Source: Chrysomallon squamiferum (taxonomy: Eukaryota; Animalia; Mollusca). From it: a DNA stretch of 64,000 nucleotides. A model generated the notes under the pieces. The model ran no database searches. It saw only the letters and a list, made by a program, of their open reading frames with translations, and was not told the DNA's origin. A program made the position numbers and the translations under genes. Positions 46,111 through 64,000 of this stretch are shown piece after piece. The DNA is taken from positions 28,396,001 to 28,460,000 of the forward strand of contig CM022671.1 in NCBI GenBank assembly GCA_012295275.1, in the 5' to 3' direction. Positions within the stretch are counted from its first letter, which is position 1; each line of letters starts with the position of its first letter.

Positions 46111-47549
46111 TTATTATTATTATTATTGTTGTTGTTGTTGTTGTTGCTGTGGTAGCAGTGGTATGTTTGTGTTTGTGGGTTTATTTTTTGTACTCTTTGA
46201 TAATTTAATGACTTTAGAAAATACATTTTTATGTTTTTTAAGTTAACACTGATATCGTTCATTAATCTTTAAAAAACTACCATTACAAACTTAGTTCGTC
46301 TAATTAACGTCTTTTTCTGGCTGTTAAAAACATCTTAACTTAATTTGTGTTACATCTTTAACAGAAACATTTTTTACTGCATTTTCAAACACCAGCTACT
46401 TTCATTTTTCATCCTTTTTTTTTTTTTTTTCAAACATGAGTAAATAATTTTAATTGATCATTAGTTTTGCTTTTCGCTTCAGTCTGAAAAACAAATTTAT
46501 CATTAACATAAGATACAAAATATATAACTAAATTAATAATATATATAATAATAATAATGATAAATTTAGTCCGTCTTCCTCTTGTACCATATAATAATAA
46601 TGTGAACGGCTCAGGTGCAAAAGGACTTGAGATCGTTTTTTGAGAAATTCGAGTTATTATGCACTGACTGGTAGTAATTAAGAATCGCTTCGTGACGAAG
46701 AAACTAATTAGTTGTAAAATCACTGACATCTAATAGTTAATGATCATTGAAATTTTATTGGTAGTGCAAAAAAGGGCTTACATCTTGTTCTTTTTGCTTT
46801 CTTTTTTGTTTTTCTTTTCTTTTTTTTTTTGCGTTTTCTTTAAAAGTGATGAATGGCCTTGTACGCCGTTTTGAAAACAACTTTATCATTTACTGTTAAT
46901 TACTTTCAGTTTTATCTTCACATCGCAGATTCCACTCCGTGCAAGATTACCTTATCAAAACAATAAAACAAAACATACATCTTTTCATCCTACACGGAGT
47001 ATTTATTTTTGTTGCCGATATTTCATTTGTAAAATACTCTTATAAAAACAGACTTGTTACAAATTTGGGAGCATCTATTTTTTTTTTATTCTTTATTTAA
47101 TTATCGCACTTAAATAATAAATGTTAAGGTAAAGATAAGAAAAATGTTTTATATAACGATTCACTGAACACATTTTTATTTTACAATTGTGTGGTTAAGG
47201 ACCTTTCTTAAAATAAAATGAATTTTCTTTCTTATTTTTCTGCTGTTTATGAGTAGGTGCGTTTACAGATACCCTTTTTGCTAAATGACAAGAATATCAC
47301 GGAATTCAACGATTTTACCAAGAGAACAGAGTAAAACTCGACATATAAATGTAATTTATATAATACTAAATAACTGATGGAGTTTGCACACACAGTTACA
47401 ATATAAGTAAAATAGAGTCAGTTTCTTTTGTCATATCATCAATGCTATAACTATTTTAAAAGTTAGTAACATTTAATTATATTGATGCGTGGAACAAATA
47501 TTAATTAATTTATTATTTTAGTTAATGTCTTTTTTATCCGTTGTGTGTT

Positions 47550-47673
<124 letters not shown>

Positions 47674-47737
47674 CCTGTATAGATGGTAATGCAGTTCAAC
47701 ATCGTCTGTCAGCCTCTATCTTCTATATATTCCGATT

Positions 47738-48232
47738 CTATGGTTGCATACCAACAACTTTTCTACCAAACTGTTTTAACAAGTTCGTGTCGTTCGTTAC
47801 TATCACGTCAACAGGCTGCGAACTCTGTCTTTTAACGACGGCACTGCCGTTGCGCTCTATCTGCATGCTGGAGTTGACGACGTTGGTAATGGACACTATG
47901 AGAATCAGGACGGCCGTGGCTTCGTTAATTCTCTCCGCTCTCGACAGCTGCGCCTCGTTCCTGACCTTCATCTGAGCCAGGATCGTGAGCAGCACAGCCA
48001 CGACAGCCTGCAGGATGATGGAGAGCACCGTGAGCACCGTGAGCAGCTTGATGACGAAAGTGTTGTCCTTCCCCTTCACGTCCAGCAGGACAACCAGCTG
48101 AGCCAGGTTGGACATGAGGAGCGCGAAGTCCATCGCCCCCTGGGACACGGTTTTGCGATTCGAGTACGTGGGTCTTCTGAATTGCGATTTGTCACCCGAG
48201 TCGTCTGAACGCGTCGACTCCTGGAAAATCTT
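47738..48232 (-). CDS. Ninjurin terminal exon (whole ninjurin domain plus C-terminal tail)
   Basis: Acceptor ttttttatttacag|AAG ATT; GC-rich codons; amphipathic helix and two hydrophobic segments; TAG at 47740-47738. Confidence 0.95.
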   Translation of the reverse strand, partial: KIFQESTRSDDSGDKSQFRRPTYSNRKTVSQGAMDFALLMSNLAQLVVLLDVKGKDNTFVIKLLTVLTVLSIILQAVVAVLLTILAQMKVRNEAQLSRAERINEATAVLILIVSITNVVNSSMQIERNGSAVVKRQSSQPVDVIVTNDTNLLKQFGRKVVGMQP

Positions 48233-48653
48233 CTGTAAATAAAAAAGATAAAAATAAGAGTAATTTTGATCGTGAGAGTTGTTGACGTGGGGTTTCAAGA
48301 AAAAAGCTTTCTGGACATTTTTAAGCCGTTAAATGTCTTAAGAAACAGTCAGTCACTTCTGAAGATGCGTTTTCTTATTTTGTAAATCAGTTACGTAACT
48401 TTGATATGAATTTAATTCAACTGAACTTTACCTTTTTAAAAAAAAAAGATATTTCAATGTAGACTTCGAGTTCATGTCCAAAGATGCTGCTGATACGAAG
48501 CAAAAATATGTAGTGCGTTACATAAATTATTGCATTTGATAATATTCAAAATAAATAATTAAAACTGAGAAATAATAATTAGGGAAGAACTCTTGAAAAA
48601 CGAGTATAACATTTTATAACATATCGTTTGCATCTTTTTGATGAAACCAATAA

Positions 48654-48698
<45 letters not shown>

Positions 48699-49980
48699 CT
48701 TATGTCCCTTTTAAATTCCAGCACGGATTTAATCATCAAAAAACCACAGTTTTAAACGTTAAACAGATGCATTGTGTCACTGATGTCTGTGTCAGATACG
48801 TATTCACACACTTCACTGATATTTTGCATCTCTTTAAATCTGACATGTTCTTCTCGTGTGATTCTGTAACAGAGATTACTGACCTTCGCATCTTGGCAGG
48901 CTGAATTCCAATCTGAGTGACGATACTTGTAACCTTCTGACTTAACCTCGTCATCATCATCATCCTCATCATCCTCATCATCCTCATCATTATGCGTGAA
49001 TCCTGAGTTTGTCTTGTCACGTCTTGATGATACGTGTCTGTCATCATCTGGTCTGTTGTCCATCGTCTGCGACATTCAAGAAAGAGAATAGTCTGAGTTC
49101 GTTAGCAATGAAAATGATAATTAAATAACAAAGATTCAAAATTAGATATAATTTTTATACTAATTTTTACTCGTTTAATTAAAATTATCACACATTAAAT
49201 TGTTACTTATAATTATTGTTTAGTGACACATCATCATAGTTTACTTAGAAATGTTTTAAGGCTTTAATGTACATTGTTTTGTCTGAGGATGGGATGAAAA
49301 AGAGAAAAATGTCGTGGGCGTCTCTTAGCGATTAGCAAATGTGGATCTTTAAAATGTACATTTCCATAAACCACCATATCTGGTATATCATTCATGAGTT
49401 GTGGTTGGAATTGGAAATGACGTCTCAAAAGGGATTGATCTTGTCACCCATCATACATGAGTCGTGTGCTAATAACAGTTTTTGTTCTGTATTTTCTTCT
49501 TTTTTCTTATTTTTTTTAGTTTTTAAATTTTGATTCATTGCGACTTTCATTATTCATACAAATTATTATTGATTTTTTTTTTCTAGATATCACATCGATC
49601 AGATTCTGTATATTCGTCTTTATATACCAAGTGCAGAGAAATCAACAACCGCAAAATATTTCAAGAAATAAATTTCCACAAAAAAAACCTAAAAAAACTA
49701 AAAAAAAACTAATAATAATAATAATAATTTCTTTATCTCGAAAGCAAGGCTTCGGGAATACTGCATCAAATAAATAAATAAATAATTAAATAAATAAAGT
49801 GGGCGGAAGCTTAGAATTATTACCAAGATTGACAAGCAATCTATTTTTGATGGGCTCTGAACCTTTGAAGTTATTTTACTGTGAGTAATATTCAGTTGAT
49901 TTAGACGCGTAGCTTACTTGGTATGTTGTGAAATCTGTTTCCCCTTTTAAAATCTTCTTTGTGTCACTGCCTTTATCCAT
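47738..49980 (-). CDS. Ninjurin-family membrane protein; best model exons 49980-49918, 49066-48884, 48232-47738 (246 aa)
   Basis: The last exon carries the ninjurin core YSNRKTVSQGAMDFALLMSNLAQL, TM ...LSIILQAVVAVLL, and INEATAVLILIVSITNVV. This matches the NINJ pattern Y..KK...E.MLD.ALL.AN..QL / S..LQ / N..AT......VN. The upstream exons have phase-0 GT-AG boundaries. Confidence 0.85.
48884..49066 (-). CDS. Ninjurin acidic N-terminal exon (alternatively a first exon starting at ATG 49075)
   Basis: Branch-like gctaac, pyrimidine tract attctctttcttg, then tcgcag|ACG ATG GAC. Donor AAG|gtcagt. 183 nt, phase 0-0, encodes DEDDEDDEDDDDDE. Confidence 0.7.
49918..49980 (-). CDS. Ninjurin putative first coding exon MDKGSDTKKILKGETDFTTYQ
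   Basis: gcgATGG start context, 21 open codons, donor CAA|gtaagc in phase 0, compatible with both downstream exons. No homology support. Confidence 0.55.
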
Positions 49981-50726
49981 CGCGTTGCTGCCGTTGTTGT
50001 TTGACCTACTTTAAAAACACGTGCGCTCTTTTACCTGTTGCACAATAGTAGGATTAGTTTTCACCAGTTATTTCTTGTCTTTTTTCTTTTTTTGGCCAAC
50101 AACGAGAACAAAAAATGGTGTACGTTCCAGAGATGTTGCAATTTATTCCCGAGATTCTTTTACAGCTTTGCGTATTTCGCAATTCTCTGATGTCTTTACT
50201 GCAGAGTTTCCAGTATTCTTGTCCTTTTCGAATAAACGTAGACAGAACTGTTCAGACACAGACAACAAATAATCTGGATCGTTCGTTAGCGATCATTTTT
50301 CTCTTGAACTCTGGAACTTCAAGTGGAGTTGTGTTAATTTGTTTTTATTTTAAAGATTATTTATCTGTAACAAAAAAAAAAAAAAATAATAATACGTGGT
50401 CTTCTTCTTAGGAAAATTATATTTTCTGTAATTTTAAACCTAATTATTCACTTTATCGAGTAACACAGTCCATGTTGTGTTAAACAGCAGTCAGTCTGGT
50501 TGTGACTGTTAATTTGAAATACTAAAACATTCGTCATAAAACATCTTTCTCGAGTCACCAGCTGTGATCTGGGCTTTAGTTATTCAATTAATTTTAGAGC
50601 GTAAATCAAATAAAATGACTATCTTTGATTCTCTTAAATCATGTTTGTTATTGTATGAGAGTGTCTGTATGTCTGTCTGTATCTCTACGTGTTTGTATGT
50701 ATTAAATGTGCATATAAACATTTTCC

Positions 50727-50985
50727 CAGGGCGAGATTTAGCTACTAGGCCAAACTCATTATTGGGCACAGTATCCAATATATATTTTGTTTTCTGTAAT
50801 TTATTTTTGGCAATGGTCAAATAGTAACAAATACTACAAAATATTATAATGTAAGAAAAATGAATTCAACATTATTTAAATCGAATATAAATATCATGTG
50901 CAGCAAATTAGTTTCAGTAGGGCCCCTGGATACATCTGCACCTTAGGCCTATGACCTACTGTGCCTATCGGTAAATCCGGCTCTG
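50727..50985. mobile_element. Degenerate MITE-like element
   Basis: Left end cagggcgagatttagctactaggc resembles the reverse complement of the right end, cagagccggatttaccgataggc. No TSD recognised. Confidence 0.45.
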
Positions 50986-51160
50986 CACGTACAAACACAC
51001 ACACACACACGCATTCGTAAGTATCTCTACATATATAGCAAAGTATGATTATTAATACTGAAATAAAATGAATGGAGAAAATAAAATCTATCTGACAGAA
51101 ACAAGCTGAAAATACGAACATGTTAACGTTAATAGAAATATAAACATACACACACAATCA

Positions 51161-51269
<109 letters not shown>

Positions 51270-51281
51270 TCACATTCTCTT

Positions 51282-51323
<42 letters not shown>

Positions 51324-53411
51324 AACACACAAACACGAAGAATTTTAACAACATTTTATTCAGATTTATCACTAACAGGAGTATCTGGACACTACAAGTG
51401 AACATTTCGTTGCGAAGTGAAGTGGAAACACTTGATGATAAGTGAGACGTTGACCCCGGAACCCGGCACACAGAGAGACGAGGACGTCTTGTCACGCGGA
51501 CAGCGTCTCTCATTAGCGCCACGTGGCGTTATAGGTTACACGATTTTCTCGGGCTCAACTCAAGTTTTATGTTATTGGGCCCGGGGAAAAGACTCCAACA
51601 GATATTATTGTCCTCAAAGGAAATTTCATCTCTCATATTATTGTGCCTCGGGTTAATTGTCTTAATGTGAATTCTCAGGACAAAATTATGGTACCAAACT
51701 GATATTTACGATCTTACGTTCTTACGAGAGTAACGGTAAGAATGCGTTGTTTTACACCGCACAGATTTGTTGCGTGATCGTTAAAAGAGTTACGCTTGAT
51801 AATTAACGACAAAGATAACTGTGATAGATGTGTATGATCTGTGTGTGGATTGTTGTATATGTTTGTGTGTGTATTGTGTGCTTTTCATATGAAGTTCTTG
51901 GACAGCGAAGGGAATAGGATTTTTCAAAAATAATCACCAAATCGATAGGTTTCTACATGGGCATTTCCATCAAGGCGAACGAGTAGGTTTTTTTTTTTTT
52001 TGTATAGACGAGTGGAAATCCAATTTAACCCGCGCTCGTGTGATTTTAAATTGTGATAGGATGAATCTTGCATGTTTTGACGTCTTTTTTTTTTTTTTCT
52101 TCTTCTTCTTCTTTTTTTTTTTTTTTTACTTTTATGTCCACGAGAAAACATTAAATTGGCTAATAAAGGGAATTAAATTGAAAATTAATGCACTGAATAC
52201 AAATTTCTATTTTTATAATTCTTATTTTAAATTTTTTAATCTTTTATTTGTTTTTTTCTTTCTCTTTTTCTTTATGTGTGTGTGTGTGTGTGTGTGTGTG
52301 GATGTGTGTGTGTGTGTGTTATTTTTATTTTTATTTATTTATTATTATTTATGTTTTTTGTTGAAGATACTGGACTTGAAAAATAATTAGTTAAATTAAT
52401 TTTTAGAATGTAGCCATATATCTCCGTGACATTTGTTTTTTTAAAGATTTGTTTTTCATACACCTTGAAAAAATACTGCACAGGAAGAGAAAATAGCCAA
52501 ATTAACAGTAAATACAGCATGTCCCATACAAACCGCGACAACATAAAATGACGTATTCATTCTTCAGAGACTATCTTTCTGATATGTGTAGAGAGATAAT
52601 ATAACAATATTCTTTATGTACATTACCATAACGAATACTTTGCAGTTACAAAGATAATATTTATAAACTGAATATTTTAACTATGACATATTATTTCATG
52701 ATACTGAGTCATGAATCAGTCCACGGCCTACACTACACTTCGATTACAGATTTGTTTCAGATAAAAACTGTGAGGAATACACAGCTGAAAGAACCAAAAA
52801 TCCTCTCAGGTTTCCTTGGGAAATGGCATCAACGGAACGTTCATATGATCGCTGCATAGTAAGAAAACATGCTATGACAAACGACGGAACTAATCTCGCG
52901 GCATTTATGTCTAAAATAACGCAGAGGAGACGCAATTAATCACTCTTCATGTGGCAACATAAGCCTCTACGCAATGTTGTTTTTGTAAATACCTTGCCTC
53001 ATACTTGTCCGAGCTGTCTAGATATGTGAACACAGATGCAAAGAGGTATTAAAGAATAAGAGAGATGTGACAAAAACGTCTTTTTAATTTTTTTTTTTTT
53101 TAAATGTCTAAACGAATTCATATCGTGCGTGGGTTAGTTTGGTTTTAATGGTTTAGTAATGCATGTCGTTTAACAGGGAAATCTCAGAGATCAGTTATCC
53201 AAGCAGTCTGTCAGTCAGTGTGATGAAGCGTAAAGACGGAGAAAAGTGGAAACTTCATTTTATCATCGATTGAAATTAAAATAAAATATAATAATAATAA
53301 AAACAAATAAATAAATAAATAAATAAATAAATAAGTACATAAATATCTGCGTTTTATTAAATTTAATATGCTTATGATTATCGTCATTATCAAATTCCTA
53401 CTTCTGCTTCC

Positions 53412-53442
<31 letters not shown>

Positions 53443-53507
53443 CATTATCATCATCATCATCATCATCATTATTATTATCATCACCATAATCATAATCATA
53501 ATCATCG

Positions 53508-53575
<68 letters not shown>

Positions 53576-53774
53576 TTTATGCTATAATAAGCAAATAAAA
53601 TAATTAAACAAAACTAATTAAACAAAACTAATTAAAAATTTTCGGAGAATCACATAAAAAAAGAACATACCTGGATATTTTTAAAAAAAAAAAAAAATTA
53701 CAACACAAAATTTAAGCCGAAATACAAGTTTAATAAAATGATTTTAATTAGTGCGAGGTGTAATAAATAACGTG

Positions 53775-63926
<10,152 letters not shown>

Positions 63927-64000
63927 CTATGAATAAATGTAAATAATAAAATCACTGCTGATCCGTTTAATATTATTATTACAACAACATCTCCTGCTAC

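Overview
AT-rich, microsatellite-dense eukaryotic DNA with GT-AG introns. Gene content suggests an invertebrate, probably a mollusc or other lophotrochozoan (inference). Four protein-coding genes can be rebuilt by hand. (1) The 3' part of a BACK+Kelch (KLHL-family) gene on + (2-1245), intronless here, with a 1-nt frameshift at ~1016. (2) A complete 4-exon universal stress protein (UspA-family) gene on - spanning 32 kb (43598->11603, 166 aa). It has a Gly->Cys change in the ATP-binding loop, three uORFs in a CpG-rich leader and an intronic CACGTG cluster. (3) A ninjurin-family gene on -, best model 3 coding exons (49980->47738, 246 aa), with an acidic phase-0 middle exon. (4) The last 12 exons of a large EGFx5-MAM-MAM-EGFx8 protein on - (63926->53775) that ends in a truncated EGF with no transmembrane segment. 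The rest is minisatellites, microsatellites, MITE-like elements and degenerate SINE-like remnants. Nearly all other ORFs in the supplied track are low-complexity artefacts. I found no provably new biological system. The strongest lead is the layered stress regulation suggested at the USP locus, next to a divergent ninjurin.
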